DNA from: Balanoglossus misakiensis
Lineage: Eukaryota > Animalia > Hemichordata
Direction of reading: 5' to 3'
Assembly (NCBI GenBank): GCA_040954595.2
Contig: CM082582.2
Coordinates: 3,766,303 to 3,830,302, forward strand
Length of the DNA: 64,000 bases
Shown here: in pieces, positions 10,328-22,900 of the stretch
Numbering within the stretch: the stretch's first letter is position 1
How the letters are laid out: every line of letters begins with the position of its first letter
Position numbers and translations under genes: made by a program
The notes under the pieces: model-generated
Database searches by the model: none
Seen by the model: only the letters and a program-made list of their open reading frames with translations
Told to the model about the DNA's origin: nothing

Positions 10328-11650
10328 TTAAGGTAGAGATGTAGGTTTTTTGCATTTTTTGAGTGATTTTTACTTTTTTCAATATTTCAAACCATTAGAA
10401 TTTGCATTATTTTTTTATTAAAACAGTTTTACCGGGTCACATTCGTAAACATGTGTAAATTTATCAAAAGTAACATATTTTAAGAATTGTGTGTACAGTT
10501 ATAAACATTCCGGATTAACTGTTACCAGATTAGTGTTGGAGTTTGCTAACCAATTCACAGGAGCCCAGATATGCAAATCTGACTTTTCGAAAGTTAGGCT
10601 AGTTAACAGGAAGTTTGACAGGCGTGCTTTGTCTAGTGACTTCCAGCATGATGGTCAACTATGGCTTCCATCAGGGCTCGATCGTCATGTTCCGTGGCAT
10701 AGACTAATTTACCGGACACAGAGCAATGAAACGCCCGCAAATGTACAATTACTAATTTTACATGTTATGGTAGGAGTGAGAAAATTAGATTAAAATGGGT
10801 TTACAGAAGTGTATACTTAACGGGCTTTAGTGTCGTTTGGAGAAGTTATCAGTGGCAGGGATTAACAGTCCCTTGTTTGCTGAATAAACAAACCAACCTC
10901 ATTATTGTACTCTGTCCGTAATGATGTCGTTTTTTCCACGATTTTCCACTTATTTATGAACTTGCAAAACGTTCTAGATGAAAATGACTTGGTCTAAAGT
11001 CTCTAGTATTATGCTACTTCATTAAAACATAACAAAGCAGTGAGTAAGTGCTATTTATGATCGTTTTTTTCCAACTGAAAGTGCCGTTCACACAAATTGT
11101 CGATTTTCTCTGTTCGGTGTTGGGCTCTGGAGTGCAACTTCAAAAGAGTGTAACTTAGCAACGCGTGCACAGATTGTTCTGATTTTTGGCCTGAGGAAGG
11201 GAACAATACCTGTCTCCAAACCCCACGAGCGGATTTCCAATAAAGTTGATAGAACAAAAGAAATCACCACACAAGTGAACAAAAGTCGATAATTTATGCA
11301 AAAATCGACAGTTGACACTTTAAAGGCTCATTGTTCAAAAACAAAAGTGAATATCAAAATTCCATGACCCGGTATTTTTACCACTATACCCAGCTGTCGA
11401 TTGCCGGTAACAGATCACCTGGAGGCATTGTCTTTTTTTATTGCCAAGCCTTTGAGTAAAAAAACTTAAAATCGTGTATTTTTGAGCAAAACGAGAAAGA
11501 GAACAAAAATTTTGGAAAATAAACCAGATTTTCATAAACTTCAAGTATAGAGCTAACAGAAAATATATAATGTGTTGGTGGGAAACATGAAATACAAGGA
11601 GAAAAAATCGATTAAAAACAAGTGTCATAAAAGGTACATCTCAACCTTAA
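10328..11650. mobile_element. Non-autonomous TTAA-flanked DNA transposon (Kolobok-like termini)
   Basis: TTAA-GGTAGAGATGTA at the left end and TACATCTCAACC-TTAA at the right end (12-bp TIR, one mismatch, TTAA target). T-rich and A-rich subterminal regions; no transposase ORF. Confidence 0.6.
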
Positions 11651-12963
11651 ACAAATTATTTTGATATAGAAAATCGACTTCGTTTGAAAATTGTTGTGCT
11701 TTTTTATGATTTTATGAAAGTACCATTCAGACAGGTTGTGCATGGAGGTAATGGTCCGACAAGTCCATCAGATATCAGTAAATTTGCATGTAAAAGTATT
11801 TATATGCTAATGGTCAGCAGTAGGTCCATATAAACAAGACCCATTAAAAGACAAGTATTTTTTGGCTAATGTTCAATCACAGATATTCAAAAGTGTGCTT
11901 AATGTGGACTTTTTTTATGACAGGCATTTAATTAACAACTTTGCAATTTCATTTTTATGCGCTTTTGGCGAGGTCATCAGCCGACTGCCACAAAATGAAC
12001 AATTTATGCATGCAACTGGCGAAATCGCCCCCCGACTGAAATACGTCTAGTAAATTATCAAATTACAAAGGATGACCCAAGACTTACAAATCACATCATA
12101 AAACCATTGTTGAAGCTCTCGGTCATAAATCTTCCAGCCTGTATGTTGCAAACTGCCATATTTTATGGATTGAAATGTTTGTAAGTGAACCGTATATTAG
12201 AGTTATGATGCCCTGTCAGGGGAAAACAACTTTGGAAACGAGAGAGGTTATCCCAAGTATTGAGCCTTAAATAGGCAGCCTTAGGGAGTGACACAGGGTG
12301 TGACCAGAAATATTGTAGGAATATTAGGCTCCTTTTTTATTTCTTAAGATTGAATTAGCAATGATTATTATATACCGTCACAATGCCAGAATCTTAGAAT
12401 CTTCAAAATGGATGCTCTTATCTGCTAACTCTAACAGTGTCTATCAAATCACATAATGGCACACTAACTTTTTGAGCTCAACATTTGCAAGATTTTTTAG
12501 ACAAATTTTCTTTGGTGAATCTTTGTTCATTGTCTGTTGTGTAATGTTATAGAACTTATACACTGTATTATTGTGGTTTTTTGCTTTGTAGTATTAACAG
12601 AGGTAGCAACCGATCCTTGTTATTTTTTGGCAATGTGCAAGGTTTACTAAATACTAAATAGTGCACAAATTTTTGGACATGCAGATATTTCTGAGTTCAT
12701 CGAAAATTATGGCTTATTTGCTATCACCTAGTTTTTCTGTCTTTATACGTCTTTATAAGTTTTTACCATTATTTTTAACCAACATACACATATGGGACGT
12801 TGTGAAGGGACCTTTAAATTGATGGGTCTTTTACCCACACCCCAACATCACTCACCCCTTGACCCAACTCCTAATTCATTCATTTAACCCCAATGTATGG
12901 AACTATGAACAGAAGCTATCTTGGAATATTATTTTGATATCTTTAGCTTCCATTTGCCATAAG

Positions 12964-13175
12964 TACTGTAAAACAGGTTATTTTCGCGACAGGAAATTTT
13001 CGTGATCAAAAGAGGCAACTGTTACGCGGGGGTTAATTTTCGCGTTCTCGTATTTCACTGCATCGTTATCTTCGAAAAACATTTATGTTTTGCGCGACTT
13101 TTATTTTAACGTTTTTTTTAGCTAAGCGTATTTCCCGAAAATTTATTGCTCGCGAAAGTAACCCGTTTTACAGTA
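12964..13175. mobile_element. MITE family A, copy 1 (TA-flanked, Tc1/mariner-like ends)
   Basis: tactgtaaaac...gttttacagta ends; the internal sequence is homologous to 36194-36408 and 62064-62278. Confidence 0.88.
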
Positions 13176-14434
13176 TATATTGTGTGGTGCAATCTTGGGG
13201 GATCACATAGCTTCTTTGGTTTGTACCATGTGGGTACATGTATGTCTGTATGTCCGTATCCACTCATGACATAATCTGGACAATGATGATTCGTGAGCCA
13301 CTGAAGGGATATATATATATATAGTACTTAAATTGTGAATACAGGGTAAATGTGTATGATACATGTACTGCAGCTATTGAAACTTACAACTTAAATTCCC
13401 TCAGTGATGTTGAATGAAGTAGGAGAAACTTGTGCTGCAATGAAACAATTGGCAAAACTGTTTCAACAAAGCAGAGATTTTGCAGGGGTCAAAGAAGGGA
13501 AGCGAAGTCTGTATTTTTTTTCAAATCAACTAAATGTCAGTACTTAAGTTCTTAAATGCTACAGTATTAATTTGGAGCAGCCTGGACAGGATTTGCAAAG
13601 GGATGAATGCATTGTTTGTACTCGTTGTACATGTTTCAGCAGAATTGTCAGCCTGACGCATGACTCAATACAGCCATTAACAAAACTAGCAAACTATCCA
13701 CCATGTAAAGAAGTAAATTGTCTGTATGTATCCAATATACATGTGACTGTGTTATTAAAAGAGTTGCAAGTGAGATAATAGTATTATTATATCATGACAC
13801 AAAGCTTGCAGAAAGATAATGAGATGGGCTTGAAAAGAGATGCCAGTCACTGTAAATGTGAAGCTATATATATTAATGTGTACTTTATTGGTTGACAATC
13901 ATGTGCTACACTCTACTGTGTGCATATCGATTGACCAGTTCGTGATAATAGTCTTCTTCCTTTTTGTTGATATTTATTTTTGGCTCTTGAATAGCATGCA
14001 CTTATTTCACCCGAGAATATACTCGGGTTATTTCAGTTGATTTTCTCACTTTTTAATGTGTTCTAACATCTATCAGCAAAGCAAAGTCATATTATGGTTT
14101 CTGGTTGCAATTAGACTGTTGACAGGCACTATGACACTATACGCTTTCTTTTTGTAATCAGTAATCCAAACCGACAGTCAGTAATAAGTGACTTGCACAA
14201 GTTTTCGTCTACACTTAGGGCACTGGCTGCTAGCAATGACAAGCCCGGCTTTGAGGCAATGATAGTATTTCAAACAAAAAGTACCTGGAAACGATTTTTT
14301 TAAAATATGGAAAAAGTGGTTGATAGTTTTAATATTTTTAATATTTTAACTGTTGTATTGCTAGTATTCTGCACATGCATGAACTTGTATATTTCTTACA
14401 TTATTGTGGAGTTATGTGTGTAGCACATGCTGGA

Positions 14435-14674
14435 TCAACCACACACAACTTCCATCCCGTTTGTAGGATATGAGAGTAAAAATATCACCAAAATGAATAA
14501 ATGGTATACACCGATTATTCATTTTTCACTCTTTCGCTACAAGTGGGATGGAAGTTGTGTGTGGTCGAACGATGATTCACTATTCTATATATCCATATGT
14601 AGAATAAAATGGTGTCTTGTATCAAAGATAATTAATGGGAAAAGGGCGGCAAGAAAGAGACTTTGTCCCTTGAA
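14435..14674. mobile_element. Family C fold-back element, copy truncated at one end
   Basis: Homologous to the centre and one arm of 44793-45148; ends gagactttgtcccttgaa. Confidence 0.85.
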
Positions 14675-17152
14675 ACTGTTTTGTTGCTTGTGTAAATACA
14701 GAGTTCAAACATTACTTGTTCATCAGTGAAATTGTAACTTGAATTTCAACAAATCTTTGTGCTGTAGTGCTATTTGGTTGGTTGACAACCATTTATCTCA
14801 TTATGGTTTATGTAGCTTTATGTTTTAACAAACTTGCTGACAGAAATGATGACTTGTTTAGAAATGTATAAGCTGCTAATGTCATATGCAATTCATAAGT
14901 TCTGTCGGATCTAAATTCTTGTACATAAATGTAGTGTAGGTCAGGGGTCATAGAGACAATGCAATACAATATAAGAAAGATGTAAATGATGTAATTTCAA
15001 ACCAAAATGTTTTGTATAGGTCATTTAGCTAATACAATTAAAGTATTTTATCAAAGTTATAATAAACCTAAATAAAAAGTAAGAAAAAGAGAGGTGACTG
15101 AAAACAAATATGTATCAGAGTTTTAAAAAATGCATGTTTTAATTCTTTTTCTAGATAATTTAGTTTCATCAGAGTTAAAAAGTTTGGATTTAATGTACAG
15201 GTAGTGGTCCCTCAAAAGTGTATTACCAGTTTAGCATACATGTTTCTCAACCCACCAGTGTGAGGGCAGCATAACCAACTCAGCCATAAAAACCAACCTG
15301 GACACAACTCAAAGGACCAGACGAAAGTTTCTGTAGTTTTGCTTAAAAGCTTATATACAATGACCTTGAACTAGGTAGCTGAAGTTGACCTAATTAAAGA
15401 AAATTACAAGAGCTGGTATTTGCCCCTAAAGTTTAGAATGCGTATGTTAATTAAAAGGTATTTAAAAATCCTGCAGCTGGTTTTGGACTGAGTGGAATGA
15501 AATGAGTTACTTGCCTTTTTTTTCAGTTCAGTGTAAAGCTCATTTAAGATAGCTGGTGGGAGGTTCCTGGCAACATGTTCTTAATCACAAATTAAACTTT
15601 CAACTCGAGTTGTACGTCCATGAATACCACTTTCTACAATGTATGAATTTTATTCTTTTTTCATCAACTTCGTAATGCTGGAAGTGTTTGTTTTGCATCT
15701 TAGAAGAACAAGTTTAGGAAAAGTAGTTCACACTGTATCAAGTTAACAGGGCTACGAAATGTATTGTTGCTTTTGTTTTTACATGTTGGTATGTAACTAA
15801 AGCCCGAGGAAAAAAACTCGACGGATCATTAATTCTTCAAGTCAGAAAAAATGACTCATAGAATGCAATCGTAATTCTTGTATCAGAAATGTAGAAACCA
15901 TAATGTGATGTAAATCCATGAGCAGCACATGCAGACTGGGGCAGAATTTTCCCCAAACTCATGCAAATGTAGAAATAGTACCTGAGTTTGCTGAATGTGC
16001 AGGTGCTCTAGTTCGCTGAAAAATAGAGTAACATCTAAAACTCTGAAAGATGTCGCAATAACTGAGTAAGACAGCAAATTAGCTCACTGAGAGAAAGAAC
16101 AGAATTTATTGTTCAATCAAGTTTTTACTACTTCATTTGGTCAATAGCTTGAATTTCAGGACAACTTTGCTGACACAGTCATTTTAATTAAACTCCCGGG
16201 TGGTATAATCCTAGTAAAGGCAGTGCTGTGAATGCCTCAAATTCCGGGGCTATTTTTGGAAATTTTAATTACTATGTTTACCAATGATGGATAGAGTTTC
16301 TAAATCCTAACCTTAGCAGGTCAACAACAATACAGACTTGCGGCCACCATGTGTAGCTGGGATTGTTTGGATCAACTCTTAAAGACTGATGGAATGTGTT
16401 TATTATGTCTATAATCAAACAGATACTTGGGCATGAGAACATTCACAGCTAAAACACTCCGACCTTGACCTGATTCAAATTAACCACCAGACCTAAAGAA
16501 TGTAGATTGGTGACTTTAATTGCCAACTTTAAATGCAAGAGCATGGCTCAAATACATCAGACAGAACAAACACATTGATGTGATTCTGGTAGTAACCCAA
16601 CCTAGCCTCATTTTTACCTGTCAACCCTTGACTTATTAGAGGTGAATAAATGCCAAAGTAAAACATGATTTATGCAAGAATGACAGCAGTAGAAAAAATA
16701 ACAAAATGACATAAGATCCAGACAGTGAGATGCATTATAATAATGCACATCACCCTCTTACAAGTGATGTGAAGAACTAGTCACTACTGTTTATACAGTA
16801 TTAATGTTTTGGATGCTTCAAGTTATGCATTTGACAAACAGAAAAATCAAGAAAATTCAATATTTTTCCAACTTATCTAGGTACCTACTAACCTATCATT
16901 TCTTAAATAAGCATATTATTTTTTCCTGGGCTTTTAAAGATGCACTTGTCATTGTCAGTTTGTTGGTTGGTTGGTTCAGTTTGGAGACTGTTGACTGATT
17001 AAAAATGTCCTGCTAAACTTATATGTATGGACAGTTATTTGTAACTTCTTGATATTTTTTGGGTCTGTGTATCATGTACAACTTTTTGTTCTTTTTCCTA
17101 CAGCATTCTGAACTGGTAGAATTTTCCTTGTCAACACAGCCTGTGTATGTAC

Positions 17153-17222
<70 letters not shown>

Positions 17223-17223
17223 G
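17153..17223. repeat. (TTG)n microsatellite, about 23 units
   Basis: Perfect trinucleotide run. Confidence 0.98.
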
Positions 17224-18760
17224 AAAAATGAATTCATTATAGGGACTTCAATTCAAAGAGTAGCAATGGCTTTGCAGGATGCACATATATTGACTGATGA
17301 TAAAATTAAAACTGGGTGTGTCATCATGGTTCAGGGATTTGAACAAGAAATTGCAGTTGATACGTCTAACAAACCTACCGAAAAAAGCCTGAAGTTATGG
17401 CTGTTAGGAGCTTTTGAACATATGAATAGCAATGAGAAATTTAGTCCCAACGCTCAAAATGCAAAAAGTTATTAAGCATGAAAAATAGTGTAAGATTTGT
17501 GTGTGATTGTGCTAATCAGGGGTCTATTGTAAGGGGGCAGTGCAAGTTGTAGAAAACGAGAGAAGGTGTTTGAAGGTGTGTTGGTATTCCTATCAGTGTC
17601 TCACTTTCCCATGGCCACAAGGAAACAAGTGAAGTGTATAGTCAGATACCAAAAGATGATCAGAATGACATCAATTAAAGTTGAAAATGCACTGAGTGAA
17701 CACACAATTACGGACAACTCGAACATTGCCTGAACAATTTCTTACACTTGATTGATGGGTGGCTTTCAAAAACTTGTGCAAAATTCATGAAATCAAGCCC
17801 AATTAAATAATTGCTGTGACAAAACGAAGTTTCAGCCGTATACAGCTGGCTTTTTCCATTAACTGTTTTTGCCGTGTTGTTGTGCAGACTACAAAGTAGG
17901 CAAGTGTTGGTTAACTGTTTGAGTATTTGTTATTCGGTTTCTCAGATTACTGCTAGTGGTTATTGGTTAATACGGCCTATTGGCGGGATTCTCAATTTCT
18001 TTTTTTTTAAACGAACAGTACAAAGGTGTGTCTACTCATTGATGGGCAAGAAAGAAAAGGACCTTCAGAAACCAATTCTAAAGAAGTTCGCAAAACCGAA
18101 AAAAACACCTTTGTCTGACGAGGAAAACTGTCAAATTGGGCTGAGTGGAACAGAGTGGCATTGTTTATTTGCACTGAATGTGAGGTTCCATCAGTGTCCA
18201 ACGTTCAATACTTTGACTTATGCTTTGTTTTCCCAAATGGGGTCGTCATGACAACATGAAACTATTTTCCTGTCATAACTCATGAATATTTAATACAGTG
18301 GGCAGCAGAGTATGCAGAATTTTGTCGGAAACTTTTTCCTGCTTTCCATTTAGACAGGTGTTTTTTAGTGATTTTAAGGTCTCTGCAGGGTAGAAGAGAT
18401 TGCCAAGTGCAACTTTTCATCTCTGGAGATTTAGTTCATTCCCACCAAACTGTCACTTCTGTAAGTTGGCATTTTCTGGTGTTTTTTCTGTGCAAATGTG
18501 AAAGTGTCAACTTTGTAGACATCAGGCAGCGTGCGTGGAAGTTGTTACATATCCACAGATGATCTGAGATGAAAATCCAAAGGAGAAACCACATGGGAGA
18601 GGGAAACCTAAATGGATTTTCACAAGCACCCCAACTGGTTGAAGTAGCCCTGGGAAAAAACGCTTGTACTCTTGGTGGTGGGTGATTGGGGAGGCATTGC
18701 TCTGGGTGTATTCTTAATGAGTCCGCTGAGATCCTAAGCTGTCATTTCTCTTACTTGCAG

Positions 18761-18895
18761 ACAGAGCTGTCCTCTCGAGAAACGCTTGACCAGCTGGCTG
18801 CAAATAGCAAAGCAAGAATCACCCAGTTCCAGGAAGAGTGCCTGCGCAAAATTGACTATGCACAAGAAGAACTCAAAAGAAAACATAATGAGGAG
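18761..18895 (+). CDS. Uncharacterised coiled-coil protein, exon 2
   Basis: Acceptor tttctcttacttgcag, donor GAG|gtgaga; 135 nt, phase 0/0; TELSSRETLDQLAANSKARITQFQEECLRKIDYAQEELKRKHNEE. Confidence 0.85.
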
Positions 18896-19822
18896 GTGAG
18901 ACCAAACAACTATGGGCTTTTTTTTTTGATTTCTCAAAGTGTCACCTTTGTTATACTACTTATAGCAGCTGCTATTGTTACCTGAACATGTATTGTGCTG
19001 CCGGACGCGATTGCTTCCATGACCTCTTGACACAAACCAATACTTCTATTAATAATTCAAAATTAGATTTTGAAACTCAACTACAAATGTACATGAGCAA
19101 TTTCAATACAAGATGAAATGATATGGAAATCGAATGTCTTGACCTGAACACTGGCAAGATTTCCAGGCCGTGTATAAGTTGTGGAGTGCAACACCTCTGA
19201 AAGACTGACCATATAGCACTTTCCAACACTAATACTCCCTCAGGGTGAAGCTTGTGATATAGACGCCCAACACAACACTATAGCACCGTGACTCATTTTC
19301 TCTATCTGAGTCCCTTTACAAGTTAGTCAAGACATTCAGAGTCAACAATATCTGTGCGTCACACTAATTCACGGTAGATACCTGTACAGAGGGAACAGAA
19401 AAGGGGAACACTGCTCACAGATTTGACCTTTGCCCTGGGATGATAGAGCGCACCCAATCTGCATAAAGCATCCATAACCTGAAACATGCTTTGATTGGAA
19501 GGTTGTGACCATGTGGGAAACATGCCACTTTTTTGTTTTCATATAATGTTCAGGAAAGCCCACAACTATTCTAGACATAATACGTGAACAGATAGACTTG
19601 CATGCCATACTTATGATGATATCAGCCATTTCAAAAAGATGTGCAGAAAAAAGTCTCAAGCAGTTAAACAATAAAGTAACAAAGCCACAATTAAACTGCA
19701 ATAACTGACACCAAGTTATTTGCTATGCTCACGGATTGATATTTCTAATGACATCATTGGCTACCTGCACAACAGCAGATGCCTGAACATTGTTGCTGGA
19801 CAGACTTGTATTCTGTTATGGT

Positions 19823-19916
19823 TTAACCCTGTCACCACCATGGTTCAGTCCACACCCACTGTTTTCTATGGTAAGGTTGGACCACTAAAGAGGGAACTGG
19901 GGGGTGAAAGGGTTAA
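19823..19916. mobile_element. MITE family B, copy 1 (piggyBac-like TTAA-CCC...GGG-TTAA)
   Basis: ttaaccctgtcacc...ggtgaaagggttaa; nearly identical to 31954-32046. Confidence 0.88.
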
Positions 19917-22900
19917 TGTAGTGAGGGCTCACCTGTTACTCACATGCTTCAAAACAACTTTGAGCAAACAATTGATGAAACTTGTCACCAGCTTTCAACG
20001 TGGCACTCATCAAAATCTCACACTGCATTGTTTATATGTACGGATAGCAATGTACATTAACAGGAAGGAAAATAGCTCAGAAATGCACATATATGTTTTG
20101 GGTAACTTTGCCAGGGGATGCTACTTAGAAAAACTGCATGAATGTGAGAGCACCTGTCCCAGGGCATTACACAGGTATACAAATCTAGGTACATGATTAT
20201 TATAAAAGTAGGAATTTGTTGAGTATAGTTTATTTTGAAGATTGATGCAGTTGTCTCAAGACACCTTTCCTATTTGCAAACAGACATATCGTACTGTGCC
20301 CTGGTTACAAGTGTGGACACATTTTCCTATGATAAATATTTGAGACACTTTAATGTTCCACCTTGATTTCATGCCTACAAATACAAGCAAATTGTTTTCA
20401 GCATCTTACTGACATCCTCCCCATTTACAGAATTATTTTGTTACTTACACTACTTTTCACACACTGATCACTGTTATTTTCCTTGTAACAAAACCACTGT
20501 CACTGTTCTTGTTACAAAAACTGAATACTTTGGTTACAACATGACATCAAGTCAGGGCCAATAATCACCATTTAATAAGGTTTAAGCTAAATACCAGGAC
20601 CATGAAACCAATGCAAGAATGACAATTACTATTGGGTCATATCGGCTGCCGCGAGTTTGGAGAACACATGACATGTATTGGCTGCAGAACACACTAGATA
20701 TCCCATCGCCACACTTGTATATGTAGCTAGACCATGATAATACTTAATAGACCAAAATGTTACACAAATGTAACAATATGGTTTTGTGATATGCCCAGTC
20801 TATGAGCCTAACAAACCGGTAGTGCACTGCTTATTTCAATGTTCCTGTAAGCTGTGGATCATGCCAAAATGTGACATACAAAAAAAAAAACTCGAAACAC
20901 ACAAACAACATCAACAAAATGATGTGTGCCAAACACAAGGTATTATCAGCAGTTATATATTCCTTTGATGTGTCAAGCTAGAATGGTTGCTGTTATTGGA
21001 TTGTGTCCCCATATTGGCACAAACTACCCTTTAAGTTGTTAACATATGCCAATGTTGCAATAATCCACAATGTGGAAATACATGTGACAGAGAAGTGCAC
21101 CTGCCAACTACCCTTCATTAAATATTCAACCGTTTCTTTGACTTCAATGACAGTCAAAAGGTCAGTGTTAAAATGAAAAATAAATCATATCTTGACATTA
21201 CAGTATACTCAAGTAAAACAATTGAGGAAGATGTATCTTTGTCAAATTTGAGACTTTCTCAATTGCCCTAACATACTAAAATTGCAACAGATGCATGTTA
21301 TCAAAACTTTCTTTTTCACCAAATGTGTAAAATACCATCTAGAGTTTCAGACGTGTGTTCATTGCATGTTACTTTACAACCAGAATTGTTTCCTTCATGT
21401 ATTTTGACAAGTTTGGATACAAAAAATGTTCATTCTAACAGGATTAAAAGTCAAGAAATTAGAAACTAGTTCATAAATCCAGTATATTCCAAAAGATATG
21501 AGATTTAGTTACCATTCATGAGTCAAACTTGCTTTTTAAATGTTATATTGCCTGCATACATATACCTAGTAAGCATATTTTTTTTACAATTTTATTCATA
21601 TTTCAATGCTAATTCTATTTGTTTGTGTATACAAATTTATTTTCACGTGTGTACCACCTACTATATCATAGATAAAAACAGATAATGTGTTGGTTAGCCT
21701 GGTTATAAATCAAAAAAGTGAAATGCAAAAGAGCTTTCATCATTGGCATGATTTTTGATTCATCCACAACCACAGTCTATGTCAGTCTTTCCAGATCAGC
21801 GGATCAGGGAGTAATCGGGATAACAATTAAGTAGTAAACCCCTGCTATGCTCAAATGATAATAATCTGACACGGTTGCAAGTGCAATTATAGTGTGCAAT
21901 CACAGCCATCCTCTCAACTTGCCAGTAATGAAACTCACTCAACAACACTCTACCCCCAAGAAGATAATTTCATGTGATGTGTCATACATCTCGGAGGTCA
22001 GAGATCAGTGTGACATCACTCAGGTCACGGGGTTAATTAGAAAGCTGCAGAAAGGCAGATGAAAAGCATGATAAATCATGATGACTGTTTTCCGTATCTT
22101 GTCATGCTGCACTGGGAGTTACAAGAATTCTGATTAAACAAAATTTTCATGCTTTTACTAGTTTTACCAATTGCATTAGCTCAGTGACTTAAATTGAAAT
22201 ATTTATTTCTAAACATTGGCATATATCTTTGATTTGACCATAAGCATTGAACTTGATAATGAATTGGAATCTTACATCTCGAGTCTTCTAATATACTGAT
22301 TTCAAAACTAAGACAGTTGTTTCATTGGAATGTCACTTCTCATGGACATCAATCTATCTGTAAACCCCCCATGTATTCTACCATCCTTTTGTAAGCAAGG
22401 AATTTATAATGATCTTGAACTTGATTACGTTTTAAATTTAAATTTGGCTAAGTCTAGAAAAAATATTTTGAATACATTCTGTATTTTCTTTGCTTGGACA
22501 ACATATGTACAAATTATAATTGAATGATTGTATCATTTCAAAGACTGACAAGAAAGTGTAAAAAGGAATTGACTGTTTTGGCAAGTTCCACATAACCATA
22601 GATTTTATTTTATTTTTTCAAATTTTAGCACAGGTACAGGAAATACTTAATAAATACTGTGATCAGTAAAGACGATTAAAAGTAGTCGCACATTTCCAAA
22701 ACTTTACAATTGTTTGACGGGATAGAAAGTGTTGGTTGTGTCACGTTCTAAGTTTGTATAGGGTAACTGCTGGCGCGACCTACCAACTTTCATCGAGAAA
22801 CTCTTGAGGAATATGAAACCAAAATCTAGTTAAGTCAGATGTCATGCCTTCTAGACTGATAATTCATATAGAAATTTACCAACCATAGTTTCCATATTCA

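Noticed and set aside
17059-17475. 138-aa ORF with poly-Leu (and the antisense poly-Asn ORF)
   Set aside because: Produced by the (TTG)n microsatellite; no other coding signal.
19720-20196. 158-aa ORF sharing TTMVQSxPxVFYGKVGPLKRELG with ORF 31950-32168
   Set aside because: The shared peptide is the family B MITE read in the same frame, not a protein domain.
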